Program-made: the position numbers and the translations under genes
From: Takakia lepidozioides
Taxonomy: Eukaryota > Plantae > Bryophyta
Assembly: GCA_030704615.1 (NCBI GenBank)
Contig: CM060732.1
Coordinates: 42,532,001 to 42,596,000, forward strand
DNA: 64,000 nt
Direction of reading: 5' to 3'
Shown here: positions 25,359 through 40,200 of the stretch, in pieces
How the letters are laid out: each line of letters starts with the position of its first letter
Numbering within the stretch: the first letter of the stretch is position 1
Notes under the pieces: generated by a model
What the model was told of the DNA's origin: nothing
Database searches by the model: none
The model's input: the letters and a program-made list of their open reading frames with translations, nothing else

Positions 25359-28300
25359 TCAGGTGGAAATACTGTTTTGAGTACCAACAAACTCCAATAA
25401 TCGAGTGCGAGCATCAGACCCCGGGTCTGCCAAGTCTGCAGGTGTCTGCATCCACCCATACCCATCGGTCCTTCAATTTTATGACCCTGATGCTTACAGC
25501 CCAAACTTAGAAATTTAACACTAAGCCCAATCTCAGATATCCACACTCCAAGACAGGACACTTGAGATGTATAACCAGTAAAGTACAATAAGTAAGAGCT
25601 ATCAATACCAGAGCAAAGCACACCACACTTCTTACCTGTCCCATGCCATTTTGTATTTTTGAGGAAGCACCAAAGTCAAGAAGCTGCTGCACTACATCAG
25701 CATGGTTGCCCCTGGCTGCATGATGCAATGGCTGCAGGGAACAGAAAAGGGGAAGGTAAGCAACCCACACAATTATGATGGGATGACTAACATCTCACAA
25801 GAAAGGGGAATGGATTATATCAACACAGAAGCAGTCTGGAAGGCACATTCACCTTAAGGATGACTTTAAGGAGGGCTCCTAAAGTTAGTTGAGGATAATT
25901 ATTAACACAAAGGCATAACACCTAACTTTGCAGATCCCTAATTAGGGTTCGGGATATTAGGAATGAATGGGGCACTTGTCATAACCAGCTAGAGACCTCC
26001 TTAAATGGTTGGGGATCTCTAATAAACACCACCACCTACTAGTTCACTTTTCAATGCCATAGGTGGTGGCTCTTAATGAGCTGGGTCTTTTTCCCCTGCA
26101 CCTTCCTTACTTCAAGAGTAGGGATAAAGAGGAGCAGCTCAGACTGTTCATCTCTAAGGAGGAAGGCTCTTGCAAGAGGGAAGGAGAAGACTGACTATAA
26201 TGGCCTCTTCCTCAAGGAACAGCCAGGTAAAAAGATTGAGCAAACAGGTTCCCTACTACTTCATTTGCAGTTGATTATGCTAATCTGCTGCTGCAATGTT
26301 CTGTTTGTCATTTAAGACCTCACTTCCAGTCTCCTTTGTCTCTCATGGTGGACATGGATAACAACTAGGTGATGCCACATACCTGGGGTTCCACAAGGGT
26401 CACTAATCTATTGGTTTTGTGGGGTGCTTGTAATGGGACCAGGTAAGGCCTCACCTATGCCTTGATAGCTAGGAGTGGCTCTTGTCTAACTTGCTTGTTT
26501 TTCTTTTGAGACAGTATTTGTGATGGGATGCCATCACATGACCCACAACAGGCCTGGGAATTATTTTGGGGGGGGGTCCTAGGACTTTCTTTGGGGTATG
26601 ATTTCTAACACCCTTTAAATTTCTCTTGCTTATATATTTTGGCCTGCTTGCTATATTTTCTTTGCTATGATATTGATATCCATCCTAGCTTTGAAATACT
26701 AGATCTGGCGACTATGGCTTTGGCTGGAGTAAAATCTAAAATGACAGTCTTATTGTTGGACTGTCATTGTCATATGTTCTCCAAGTGTGGGAGGACTTAG
26801 ATTGTATTCCCCACCCACCCACCCGGACTATAGTAAGCAGAAAATAAGGGATGAGAGTGTATAGGATGATGAGGCCTATTTTAGGCAGATAATGTCATAA
26901 AATTTATGGACTGATCTTGTATGGTCGAGCCAGGCTTGACATGACAGCAATAACCTCTCGCTCTCTTTAACCTTGGATAGAATATTTCAGGTGGAATGAA
27001 GTGATTTTTCCTATGGATGTCCTGAAACTGACAATTAGACGCTTGCTGCAAAATTCATTCCCTGGCTAGAGCCTTGTGGGATTTACTGAATGCCCATGTG
27101 CGTTTGAATTTAAGGTTTCAGAACCCTTACCCTGCAATTTCGTAATCATTTACAGTGGCCGCTACCTGAAAGTACAGGGCAGAAGTGTCGAGCACACCGC
27201 TCATCAAGCTTTGCCTTCAAGAGATTTTCAACAGGGCTGTGACCAGCAAGGTTTACGCGCAACCTTGCATTTATTGTATTGATCGAGCTCCCTATCCAGT
27301 TATAGGGAAGCCATGGCTTATTTTTGGACGCGAACAGGAAGTTACACTCAGCCACTACATGTGCTTTGCAATTACTTCTTGTTGCCCAACGTCACAGACT
27401 GGTCTGCCTCACACTTTCAAGGTTCTGTGCAATGTCACACCTTTACTATCACTCTTGCAATTTTTTACTTGTTTAAATCTGCATATTGGACAGCGATAGC
27501 AAGCATAGAGACACCTCGTGCATCCTCACTAACACGCATTCTGTTGGATGGCGTAGGTGAGGGTCCTTCACCTTTCATGGGTCTCTAAGCTATATGTTAA
27601 GTTTTTCTACATGATACATCGGATAGATGATGGAAGTCGCCCATCGCGTGAGGCAGCCACTGCCTAGGACAAATGCTACAATGCTTGACGACAGCATCAG
27701 ATTTCTGTGAGGGAAGTATTTTACGGAAGTAATCTACCCTTGGGATCTGATACCAGAGGGTTCTGAAGATCCGTCTTGACTTGGATCAATCTCATTTTAC
27801 AGCCCAGTTGAGCGGTTTCATTTTGATACTGTGTTTGTTTTGTTTTAAGACATGGCAGTACACCCCATTCGGGCTATGGTCGAAGACTTGGATTTGTCTC
27901 AGTTTTGAGACATGTGATTTTCAGGGAAGTATTTTTCTTGACACAGCTCTGATGAAAGCGAAGAGAAGCCCTATCTCTCTCTATATCTATATATATACAT
28001 ATACAGCCACATGCTCACAGAGAGCACATATTACATATCTCTCTCAAAACATAAGAAAGTGTTAAGGAAAGAGTCTCAAACACATACGGTATCACCATCA
28101 ACATCAAAGGCGTCAAGGAGACGCTGTGCTTGGGTTTGGCTGCTGCAAGCTCGCAGCAACATGCTCACTATTTCCTTGTAACCTGTGCCAGGCACAACCA
28201 TTCCATTCTCAGCATACTATGGAAGAAGATTGAGCAAGCCAAAAATGGAATTCAGCAATAGCAAGGAGGTGGGGTATACCTCCTGCACAAGCATCGTGAA

Positions 28301-29568
28301 GGGGGAGTCCTCCATCTTCATCTCTCGCTTCCACACTAGCACCAGATGCCAACAAAATCTGTCGCCCTTCCTTTTGTTAGCCTTGCAGTGCTCCGTGAAA
28401 ATTAACACAAACACTCCAACATAGACTTGGATAATTCCCTTACCCGGCTGTCTAATAATCAATACATTTGATGGACCTGTATGACTATATGGCTCTCTCT
28501 CTCCAACTTCATTGGTCTCCCTCTCAACGTCTGTTGCTCAGTTTCATCCACAGGTCAATAAAAGAGTCCAAAGCAAATCTAGGAAACAGTCTGTACAGGT
28601 CCCTACCTAAAATCATCAGAAAGATAATGCTACATTAAATCAGTATAAGATTCCACAGATTTCATTTGACACGAACATTATTATAACTCAGCAACTACAG
28701 AGAGAACGCAAGGACACAATACCTGCACGCAAGACTGATGACCATAGAGGCAAGCTATGTGTAATGGCCGATCCCCATCTTCACCCTCACAGTCTACACC
28801 ACTTGTGAGGTTGCCTACCAGAAAACACCGCACTTACTTATTCACCATATGCCCTCTCCTGCAAATCTAACCATGATGTCGACAGCTCAAACATGGATCC
28901 AAGAAGGATGAAGTGTAGAAAGGGTTTATAGCTGTAGTGTAACAACCATGGATACTTATCCTACGGCAAATGATTCTCCAGGAGAATCAAGAGTGATGTA
29001 CTTTTGGATTATATCCAAATCAAATTTGCGTTACTATAATAATGTTTGTCCCATGCTGAAGGAAGTCCTTCCCACCAGCATATTTATGTATGCAGCTTTG
29101 TTGCCGAGTTAATCGGCACACCTCAGTGCTGATATCCCCCGACCTAGGGGGATACGACAACACATTAATGCATCCAAAGCAGTGACATGTCAAGTGTGGC
29201 TTATGCAGCACAAAACAATGACCATCGGACTGCACACCACATTCTGTTCGCATGATCTTGCAACTACACCCACCTAGACAAGAACTCTAACTCCTGCTGA
29301 AACCCCCAACCCTTCGAACGACGGTCAGAACTAGCTCTGCCTATGAAAAGAAAAAGTTAGGATTCGCAGATAGGAAAAACGCAAGTTCTCAAAATTAGAC
29401 ATCGTTCGAGTGAAACAGATACACACTTAAAGCTGCAATCAGAGAAGCAGAATCCCCTTCTTCAGCGGCAGCCATGACAGCCTGCACATCCGCAGGCACA
29501 ATCGACCCGGCATAATTATCCTCCCCATCTCCATCCTCCTCCTCCTCCGACATATGAGGCAGCGCCAT
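25359..29568 (-). CDS. Ankyrin-repeat protein, phytochrome-interacting ankyrin-repeat protein (PIA1/PIA2, ANK6)-like; 6 exons
   Basis: Exons ~29427-29568 (MALPHMSEEEEDGD...AAAEEGDSASLIAAL), ~28723-28814 (DGDRPLHIACLYGHQSCVQ), ~28290-28368 (ILLASGASVEARDEDGGLPLHDACAG), ~28088-28182 (YKEIVSMLL...DVDGDT), ~25636-25731 (PLHHAARGNHADVVQQLL) and 25359-25445 (TPADLAD...IST*). All introns are GT-AG and the reading frame is continuous. Confidence 0.9.
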
Positions 29569-29904
29569 TGCTGGAATCAAACAGGAAACCTGATCAGTGA
29601 ATCCTCCCTCTCTCGCCTCACCGTTAGCAAGGGATGCTCGCCTACCGACTGTGTTGCCCTAACGGTTTCCTGTTAGGGCAGATCTTTTGCACCTAATATA
29701 ACTGGTCAACCCTAACATGTTCTGTTAACGGCTGCCATGCGCACATCATCCCCGCAAAAAGAGTGACCCATGAATCTTCCGTACTTTGGATTAGTCAGGG
29801 ATTAACGTGGCGGGATCTTGTCCGTCAAATTATAATATCGACGGAGATTACGATCCTATGCCGGCATGACCCGTGCACGGCGACTTTTTCGCCTTGCTGC
29901 CATC

Positions 29905-29913
29905 ATGGGTATA

Positions 29914-29946
<33 letters not shown>
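29905..29946. repeat. (ATGGGT)n hexamer microsatellite in the divergent intergenic region
   Basis: atgggtatagctatgggtatgggtatgggtatgggtatgggt. Confidence 0.8.
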
Positions 29947-31224
29947 GTGGGGATGTTTTGCCGTTAGGAACGTGTTCCCCGTTCCCAACAGCCATGGTTT
30001 GAATGTGCGCATGGGGCATGCGGTGGAGGCATCATGGGGCAGTCCGCAGAGCATGAGAGACGAGGAATCTGTGAGCAACAGATTTGGATTTGTGTTAGTG
30101 TTGATGAATTGCTGGAGATGAGATCGTAAGGAGTTGTTGAAGCGGAGAATTGTGAGCAGAAACGGAGGGATTTTGAATTATGTGCTCGGCGGAGAGGGCA
30201 AAATCCGTGTGGGGTTAGTTTACAGTAGGTGTTTGCATTGAAGATGCTTGGATGGCGTCTTGGGATGGAGGAGATTTGGGGAGTGGATATGGGAGGCATG
30301 CTCTGTCTTTGTCCGAACGGACAATGATTGATATCGGAGTGTGTTGAAGGAAATGTTTTTTAAGGGAGGGCTGTTGTTCTGGCTTGGCATTTGGAGAAAC
30401 ATTCTTTGGGGTGGAGTGAGGGGAGCTCAAGAAAGACGCAGAGTCTAGAACACAGGAAGAGACGATGGGATGATCGTCCAACTGCTAGACGGAGAGAGGT
30501 TTCCTGTGGGCCCTTTCACCTCTGCAATTTGGGGACTTTGTTTGTTTGTCGGTGAGGGAGAGCATAGAGAGAAGCAGTGATGGATGGACATGTAAAGCCA
30601 ATGCAGGGCATGGATGGGTCACGGTCGTGTTTGGGAAAGACGCGGGGTGTTAGCAAGATCAGTGTGTACTGACAAAGAGGGTGCAGCGGGTAATCAAAAC
30701 TTTTTAGTCGAAAGCTATGTTCTGGAAAGAGCAGTATTTCAACAAGTTGAGAAGATTGTGATGATAGACGGGCCTGACTACATCATGCTCTGGTCTGCGA
30801 TTTAGCATCAGTGTCGATCAAAATCAATTGTACAGAGACTGATTTCTCTTGCAACTTTGGGACAGGAGGTCATCATAGTCGACTTTCCGCAGCCAGGCAA
30901 CACGACAAGGACGTTTGCACAGCAGAGAATTTTTTGTTTGTATCCACTTTATCTGGGGGAGAGAGAGACACAGATAGTTCAATTGGTGGATACGTCTTTT
31001 CTTCCTCTTTTGGTGAACATGTGTGCAAGCATCCCAAGGGAAGACCGTTGGAAGGGACAGTAGTTCAATCAGTGTGTCAGATATGTTGCAACGATAGAGC
31101 CGCCGGTACTTCTTGAGTTCCTATCTCATCGATTTTGGTCCTTGAGGATGGAAGCCTGAGAACGTTCTACTACCTCCCACCTATCGGAAACCGTCACATA
31201 GACCTAAATACGGCCACAGGCTCA

Positions 31225-34200
31225 ATGGAGTTGCGGCTGCAAGTGGCGCAGGCAGTCCATGTACTGAACCATGATTTACAATCATGCAACAGAGTGGCAG
31301 CCAACCAGTGGCTGGTGCAGTTCCAGCATACAGACTCCGCCTGGGAAGTCGCCACCACTATTCTAGCCTCCGAGTCTTCCCATACTCTCGACTTCGAGGT
31401 CGAACTCTTTGCTGCTCAAGTTTTGAAGCGAAAGGTTTTGGCCTCTCTCCCTTCTCCTTTCACTGATCCCTACACCCTGATCCAGAGGCTTGGAATCTGT
31501 CAGCATATGTCATCACAAGAATACACGGAGCACCTCTGTCAGAGCTGTCCATAAGTACATTTGTATCTCTCTCTCTGCACAGTGCCTCCAGCTCCAGAGT
31601 TCAGCCAAGGGGGAGCGAATGTCAACAGTTGTATGGGGTTGTAGTGCCTAGGATATGCTTATTACAAAAGCTAGGAATATATACTGTTGACCTGATTATT
31701 CTGCAACAAATTGAACTCAGGCTTGGGTCAGCTGAGTTGATCCACCCTTTCTATTTGGCATTCTGGGTAATTGATAACCAAGCAGTACTGATGAAACTGC
31801 AGGGATAAGGCATCAGGAATCTGAGATTTGGCAAGTGCACCAGCTCTACCAGCCTAGCTCAGTATAGATTAACTAAAACCCTAGGTTAGCGAAGGAGTTT
31901 TTCCAATCTGGTGTTATCTTCCTACCTGCAGATTCAGATTGATGGGGGAAATCTGTCACTGGACGGGAGGAGTGCACTGCAAAATGCCCTGCTGATGTCA
32001 GCCAGGAAATTCAGCAACGGCCCCGCCCAGGTAATGAGCACTTGTCTCCCTCTATTGTCCTTTAGGAGTTTGTTGTAGAAACCTCAACACAAAAACACAG
32101 AGACACACACATACAGGTGGAGAGCAACTGGACCCAGTGTCTGCCAATGGTGAGCCCCTATGCTTCATTTTGTACAAACTCCTTTCTGTCTTACAAGCCA
32201 TTGTCAAAATAGCACATAGATTTTGAGCAGCAAACTGGGAAAGTTTGTTGCAAGATCTTCACTTGGAATAATTAAACCCTGGTTAGTGATGAGCCATAGC
32301 TATGGCCTGATTACAGCTCTGCTACCTGGAAAGTGCTAGATTGCCACTGTTGTGTGTGGGTCCATGTGGCAGGGTTTGTCAAACATATGCTTACACACGA
32401 GGTGGAGAGAGAAAGGTCATCATTAATATCATGTGGCTCTTGTACCTTTGCCTTCAACATAATCACAGACACCCACCACGAAACTTAAAGCAGAAGGATG
32501 AAAACAGAGATGGTCTAATTGTGATTTTCTGTGCTTGGCAGCTCTTGACACAGATATGTGTGGCCTTGTCGGCACTTGTCCTACGAGCGGTGGAGTGGAG
32601 GAAGCCGGTGGAGCAGTTGTTTGCAGGTTTGAATGAGTTGCAGTGGCAAGGGACTTCCAGCAATGCAGTCTTAGAGCTCCTCACTGTCTTACCTGAAGAG
32701 GTTATTGAGGACCAATCAATGATTCCTAGTGTGGACTCTGGTCGGAGGTGGCAATTTACCCAAGAAGTATGTTCGCTTTCTGTAAGCTAGGTTGTGGGAC
32801 ATTAAAAATGCACCTAAATCACTGCTGAAGATACTGGGAGTTAATTTCATCTAACTGGCTCACATTCTTTCATCTGGTTTGAGTTCTACCATGAACCATC
32901 TTGTTTGCCAAAGTTATTTGCTTTTAGCTCGCTAAGATTCCATTTTCTGTTTGAGTCGTAACATGACGTATCTTTGTCTGTCAGTTCATAGTGGTCAAAC
33001 ACCTAAAGCTGTCAAGTGATGACAATAATACCAAGCAACACACTTATGAGGCAGTACTTTCTTCAATTCTCCATCCTCCACTAGGAAAAACACAAAGGTT
33101 TTCTTTGCTTCATCTGAGACAGAAGTCAGACGGAGGTCCATCAAACTTGCAGGTCCCATAGTTTCCACAGAACAGTTGCTAAGGTTCTCTGTTTGTTGAA
33201 GGCTTAAATCACTATGGTTGCAGTATATGTGTATATGGACAGCAAGTTTAGCGTGCTTTTTGTGGTGTCTTCCAAGTGTCTTCACAGTGTAGGATTGTAC
33301 AATTGGATCAAACCTTGGCTTCAGAGACTGAATGTAAAGCACTGATCCATTACTGAACATGAGATAACACTAAGAAAATCACAATCCACTGCATGATTTT
33401 TGGGGAGACTTTGATATGAATCAGATATCACACTAGTTTTGATGTCAATAGTCTTTCAGCTCAATGAAGCTAAATGGGATATCAGTTGACAGCATGCAAG
33501 CCCCAGCAACCAATTTATGGTTGCATCTGAAGTAAGAGTAGAATGTCAGCAGATGCTAACATCCTGGTGGTGCTGCTAAAATGTCTCAATTTTCATTTCT
33601 TTTCTTATTTCTTACTTTACTTTTTTTGTTTCTGAAACGCGGCAGCTTCTGTCGCACACAGGCGCGGTCCTAGAGTTTTTACTGCAGCACACAAAGAATG
33701 AGGGCTTGGAGAATATGTCTTTACATGACAAGCGCCGCAAAGTTCTACGGTGCTTATTGAGTTGGGTAAGAACAGATCCACTTTTCCTTCAATCTTTGTT
33801 AACCGACTGGATCCCCCTCTCTAGTTGTAGGAGGGTGAGCAACAACAAGGATATCAACTGGGCCTGTGACTGGTGAGTTTCTAGCTGGAACAGTTTCAAT
33901 TGCCCATCTGCCAAGCCTACACACGTTGCTTCTTTGGTTGCATATTATCTATGTGAATACTAATTTCTCCAAGTTTATGTGGTAGATTTTTGTTAATATC
34001 AGACAAGGCTACACAGTTGCAGGAACTGTCATATTGTATGTTTAAAACTGCATTGGCTTAAGCCAGTGCATTGCTTGAGCTACTTTCGATGTACGGGTGT
34101 GTTGGCAGGTTCGGGTAGGGTGCTTCCTGGAAGTTCCTCAGAGCAGCATTCCCAGCCATCCTCTTCTGGGTTTTGTGTATGGCTCTCTTCAGGTGGGTAG

Positions 34201-37200
34201 CTGGCTAAGTAGCCAATTAAGTGATCTGCTGATTAGCATTTTATCCACTAACACAAATGTACTGCATGCTACAATTTAACTTCCTTTGCTTGGATGGAGG
34301 TATGTTAGCTCTTTTTAATGGTTTTCTGAAAAACATGAGTGGTAAGCGCCAACGAACATGTTTCCGATGTGGTTGTTTCTAGGTGTTTGAAGATTGTACA
34401 AGTCACAGACGAGTGTAACTAAAGGTAGACGGGTTGGAATGGATCACCCTCTGACATATCCACATATTACTCAGGATTCAAGTACATTTGATTTGGCTGT
34501 GGAGGTCCTTACTGAACTTGTAAGCCGGCATGAGGTAAGATCCACACTCTCATGAACCCAACACTCATTCTAGTACTCAGATGCAAAATCTTATCTTCCA
34601 GTTTCTCAAATGCACAATTTTACAGTCTTCTTGTTTTGAGCATGTTTGCTTGACCTGTGAAGGTTGCCGTGGATACATTTGTTGTGAACGAGTGGTTAGA
34701 GCTTGTTCAGTGAGCCTAAAAGTATTTAGGGAGGGAGGGAGGAAGAAGGAAGATCTACTCTGATGGTCTTTCTAGTTCTAGTTTCAAGATTTTGTTCAGG
34801 AAAGCAATGTTTGGTTGTGTAGGGTTTGCCACAAGTTCTTCTTCCACAGATGCTGGTAGTGAAGGATGCATTGTTGATGCCAGCCTTTGTTACTGGCGAA
34901 GAGAGAACCATTAGTGGCTTGGCTTGCTTGATGGCGGAGCTTGGACAGGCGGTATGTATACATCTATGGCCAAACTGTTTGTGACCACCAGAGAGAGCAT
35001 TGTCTCTGCATTTTAAATGGATAAGTTCTCCTTTTCATCCCATAAACTCTCTTGCATTCTCCTCAGTCTATGTACCATTCTCAGTGCCAAGATCTGCAGT
35101 GCTCCCGCATGATCACAGTTAGGCCTAAACTTCCTCTTCTGCCAGTGCTACTTCAATGCAAATGGTACAGGAATGTCAAACCTTGTATGTAGGAGATATT
35201 ATGTTTACCTTAGCACTGTGTGTTGATGTCTCCCCAGGCACCAGCATTGATTGCGCAAGCCAGCACTGAAGCTCTTGCCCTAGCAGATGCTCTCTTGCGG
35301 TACATCTCTCCCCCATTGCACTCACCTCTATTTGTCTGTAATGTTTGCAATGGACAATCCAAGCTTACCGTGCAGATATTTGTTTGGTTGCAGTTGTTTG
35401 GCTTTTCCAAGTTGTGACTGGGAGACTGCAGAATCGACGCTTCAGTTTTGGTAAGATCTACCTTGTTCAGGAATAAATCATCTTGCATCTAACTGTCAGT
35501 TAGCCTTCTTTGCGGTATGGAATTTCTTTTGCAATTTACTCCGTGTCTTCTGGGCAAATTGTGAAGGTGTACTCTTGCGGAGTATATCCTGGCTATGGAA
35601 GAGACACAATCAGACCAGTCAAAGCAACGTGCACTCTCCACATACATTCCTGTCTTCACCTCCTTACTTGATGCCCTAGTCATGAGGGCACAGGTGAGAA
35701 ATTGTGTCCTTTCCTTTGTTGGCCTTGGAATAATGCTTGCTTGGATCTACTCTTGATTTACACAGGCTTTATATGCACTTCTGGCAATGTTCACTTGTGC
35801 TGTTTGATGTAGTCCCCAAGTCCTTCATAAAGATGCTTTGTCAGAACCATCTCACAATGTCATAGGCCTGTCTGTAGGTTCGAAGAGTTCGAGCTGCATA
35901 CTGCAATGCTTAAGGTTGATAGGTGCCAAATTGGTTTACTAATAGCTTGTGTATCTTGCTTAATCAGGTCAGTGCTGACAGCTATGTTGAAGATGATCTA
36001 GATGGAAATAGTGGGCTTCCAGATGGTTTGGCTCAGTTTCGAAAAAGTTTGGATGAACCTCTGGCTGACATCTGTCGCCTGTTGGGGCCAACACAGTTCC
36101 TGGCTACGGTGTGTAGCTGCTAAGGCTAAGGCTCTAAATATCTATATAATATGTCTCTGTCTTGTCAAAGATTAGTCTTCTCTATGTCACTTCAATCCAG
36201 GCAATTTAGCAAGTGACATGGTGCCCTATTTAGTAGGTTGGAGATTTCCACCAATTTCCCCTCATTTGCTCTCTCGCATAGATGTGGGTGTCTTGTTTTC
36301 AAACTTTGTCCCATGGACCTTGCCTTGCGGCCCCCTTTGGAGGCTATGAATTCTTTTCCTTTCTTTCTCTATCTGGCAGCACAGCGAAATTCGTTTTATG
36401 GCCACGTGTGGTGTCTTAAGATGTGGTTCATGTTGTTCTAGTTGATCCCATGGGTCCTCAAGTATCCCCATGGCCTTAATAAAGTTTGTTGTTTCTCTCT
36501 CTCTCTCTCTCTCTGCTCAAACTGGGTGTGGGGTCAATGGCCACAGGGCTACGGTGAACAACGTCTTATGAGTACATTCTCTCTCTCTCTCTATGTCTGG
36601 GCGCAGGGTCTATGGCCACAAGGCTACGGTAGACAGTCTTATGAGTACATCTCTCTCTCTCTCTCATGTATCTCGCAATGGACTCTCTATTGCTTTGCTA
36701 TTGTCACGAAATCCAGAAGGGGTGGAAATCACATCCAAACAGGACTCATTAGAAGGGAACTTATGGAACTACATGTCAGGAGAACTTGGAAGCTACCCAA
36801 TCTCACAACAAAACTCCATTTCTATCAAGAGACATTCGTGGTTCTCTGTGATGATAGAATCTTGCGGCCCAATTAGCTTTCGGCGCCTTTATCTCCTTCC
36901 CTCCTGAGGGCATTGGGGGCTCAGGGTGGGCTCCCCGAATCTACAGATAGAGACTGGCAGATGGGAAAACCTGCAACGGAAGGACCGCCTATGCCCAGCT
37001 TGCACCGGTCGCAACCAGGAAATTGAAACTGAAGAACACTTCTTCTTTTATTGCCCTCTATATTATGAGATCCGTGGGAGATTCCACTATCCGTGAAACT
37101 CAATCTCTCACTGACGTCTTCCACTATGAGGATCAGAAATCCTTGGCAGCTTACCTGCACGAGGCCTTGACCCTTAGACAATCCCTTGAGCAGTAGTTGC

Positions 37201-40200
37201 TTTTGGGCTGTTTTTGGCTCTAGTTTTGTTTCCTCTCTCTTGTTTTTTCCATTTTGTCCCATAGCTCTTTCAGCTTTCCGCGGACGTGATCAAGTACCAT
37301 TTCATTTCTTTCAGTTCTCTCTCTCTCTCTCTCTCTTCATAATTTGCACTGCTGTGAGGTCATGTTCAAGTTTCGAACTTCAAAATCTGTCCTTTGTTTT
37401 GCATCCTTTCCCCCTTCCATGTCTTGCATTTTTTATATTGAAATGAATTGAAGAGATTCAAGAGGGTGCCCTAAACAGTAAAGGTGGTTATGTTGTACAG
37501 TTACTGAGTGGAGCTGAGGCATGGTCTTCGTTTGAGATTCCAACCCCATGGCGAGCTGTGGAAGCCCGACTCTTTGCCCTCCACATGGTACCACTTTTGC
37601 GTATCACCTGCATTGTTTTGTGCACCTAAATCTCAACAGGAATGTTTGATGCTTGTGTGTCACCAACTATTAGGTTTCCTAGTCTGCAATACACAAGTTT
37701 TTGAAATTGAGCATTGCAGTGACTCATTGGTGTTTCCAGTTGTTTCTTGTTGAGCTATTTCTTAGGGCTAAAATGGATGAATCTGCTGAGTTTGCAGGTT
37801 GCAGATGTGGTAGTGCAAGAGGGCCAGCTCTCAGATCTGACACCTGTCATGCATCTGATTGTAGTCCTACATTCAGGCTCTCCTCAAATTGATCCAGGCC
37901 TGATGCATTTGGTACAAAGAATAATCTTGCTTATTCGAGTTCTGGGAGATATTTTACTGCAGAAAACGATTGCTCTAGAGCAACACATGGCAATATATGG
38001 TGCTTGATAAGTTTGCCGCTGATTCCCTCCATTTGGTTGTTACAGATAGACCATGTAAGGTAAGGAAAGCAAATGACACCGGCCTAGGAACCCAACTGAG
38101 ACAGAAGTATGGAGAAGCATAGAACTCATGCAGATGCCACCCACTGAAAGGTGTGGTTTGTGGAATCTGCACTCTGCCATGTGATTGAGAAGGATTGTTC
38201 CAATAGTACTCACTCTGGCATGGTCATAATGATTAGCCAGTTCTGCAAGTGGAAACCTGTGGTCAGTTAAGTTTCTGTTTCTGTCCTTGAAGGTGCACAA
38301 GTCAGCTGCTCAGGTTGTGGGATCTTACTCAGGGTGGATCGGCAGTTTCCCAAGTGCAATGACACAAGTGCTGTAAGCTTCACATTCCAGACCCACATAC
38401 CTCCATATTGTGTTTCCTAGGCAATGTTTTGGTTGTCCAAGCGGCCTTAACAAGTGATATGTGCCTTTACAGTTCGTTTTTGGCTGGTGGTCTTACAATA
38501 CCAGTAGCCGTTGGTGCCTGCGCTGCTGCATTGCGCAAATTGAGTGAGGATGTTCCAAACCTTTCCCAAGAGCCGTCCAACTTTCAAGGTCTCCTTCGTA
38601 TCGGAGAGGTACTCTTGGAGCCATCTGTGCACCCATATGTATTGAAGGAAGTAGGAGTGCACAATATTAAATGAGCCAGGCTTGTAACCAGATGCCTGGA
38701 TACTCCTACTTCCTAAAGAGAGAAGCGAGGTTTACTCTGGGAATGCAGGGGTCCTGATTATTGCAAGAAGACGTGAACCTTGCAAGAAGGTTTGGTGTGT
38801 CGACTTCCTGTTAAGTGTACCAGGAAGTCAGTCCTGCAAATGCTGGCACAAATCAGTACCATCACATTGGGAAAGCCTTTGATGGTGTAAATGTGGATAC
38901 AGGAGGTTCATGCAATTCCTTTGTCACTGCAAGAAGAAGAAGATGTCATGTATGTGGTGGGGCGGGTGCTTTCCACGGTCACTAGCACCACAGATGTCAA
39001 CTCTGCGCTGGAGCGGCTGCTGAAGCCCAGCAATGATGCAATTGAGGCCCTTGTGCGTGCTTGTTCTATGGTTTCCTTGCAACTGTGCCTGTGCTTGTCC
39101 ACTTGCATGTGTTCTTTTTACATATATATACACGCAAATGTCATTTATAGCACATGAGTGGCAGTGCCTGCAGGAGTACCGGTGACTCTGACCCAGTAAT
39201 TTTAGCGCATTGAAGCCGATGTATGTCTTCATAGGAGCTTTTGGGTTGAGAGATGTTGTCAACTGTCATCTAATAGTAGGACTGGATATTGCAGTTGAAA
39301 ACAGACAGCGAGGGCTCTCTGAGACTCCACTCAGTGGGATATGCAGCTTCTCTAGAGGCTGGAATTAGAGCACTGTACAGGTGATAACATGCCAACCACA
39401 TTTCTTTCTGTACAATGATTGGTCCTTCCATTATGTGTATATTGTCTTTCTTTTAAGGCTTTGCCCATAGATTAGTTGATGGAAGTGTCATAAACACCAG
39501 GACGCATGTGAGCACTTCAGTCTATTTGAGGTGTCCTGAACATCTCTGGTATGTCTGTGTGACCAGGCTAGGGATTCTGTTCTGTCAATTGGCAATGTCA
39601 AACTTACTTCCTCCCAATGCGGAGGAACCAATCTTGAGAGTAGTAGCACATTTTTGGCCCCTTTTTGAGCGCTTGCTCTCATCACGTCACATGGAGGATA
39701 GCAGCTTGGCGCTAGCCACCTGCAAGGCTTTATCTCATGCTATTCAAGCTTCAGGTTGGTCATTTTCCATGGGGCGATGTCTGGTCAAGCTTCACTCAAG
39801 CACCTGTGACATTTTGTACCAAAATTTTCTTTGTGTTGCTATATGTATACCCTTTGAGTCCGAACAAGCCATTACAATAACCAGGGATAATGCCTAATTG
39901 CTCTCAAGGATACATAACAAGGATGTACAAAGGACATCCACAGATACAGTTCTTGAGCACAGTTCTTTTGTCTGCTTTTGATACTGTCAGCTTGGTAGTT
40001 TTATTCCAGCTTCGTAGTTGAGGGTTGGTTGCTGTGGCCCTGCTTCATCACCCATGCATGTGAAACTACTGAATTAGATTGCATTGTATTGGCAGGGCGG
40101 CAGTTTTCCTCCTTGCTGCCCAATGTCATGACAGCCATGTCCAAAGATTTCCTCTCCTTCCAATCCCATGTGTGTTTCATAAAAACAGGTATATCTTTGT

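Noticed and set aside
21700-27600. Assorted short ORFs outside the ankyrin exons
   Set aside because: No recognisable domains or consistent splice structure; probably decayed repeats, UTR or intron sequence.
27746-27757. PBS-like TCTGATACCA in the ankyrin gene intron
   Set aside because: Only a 10-bp match, with no adjacent LTR or retroelement ORF.
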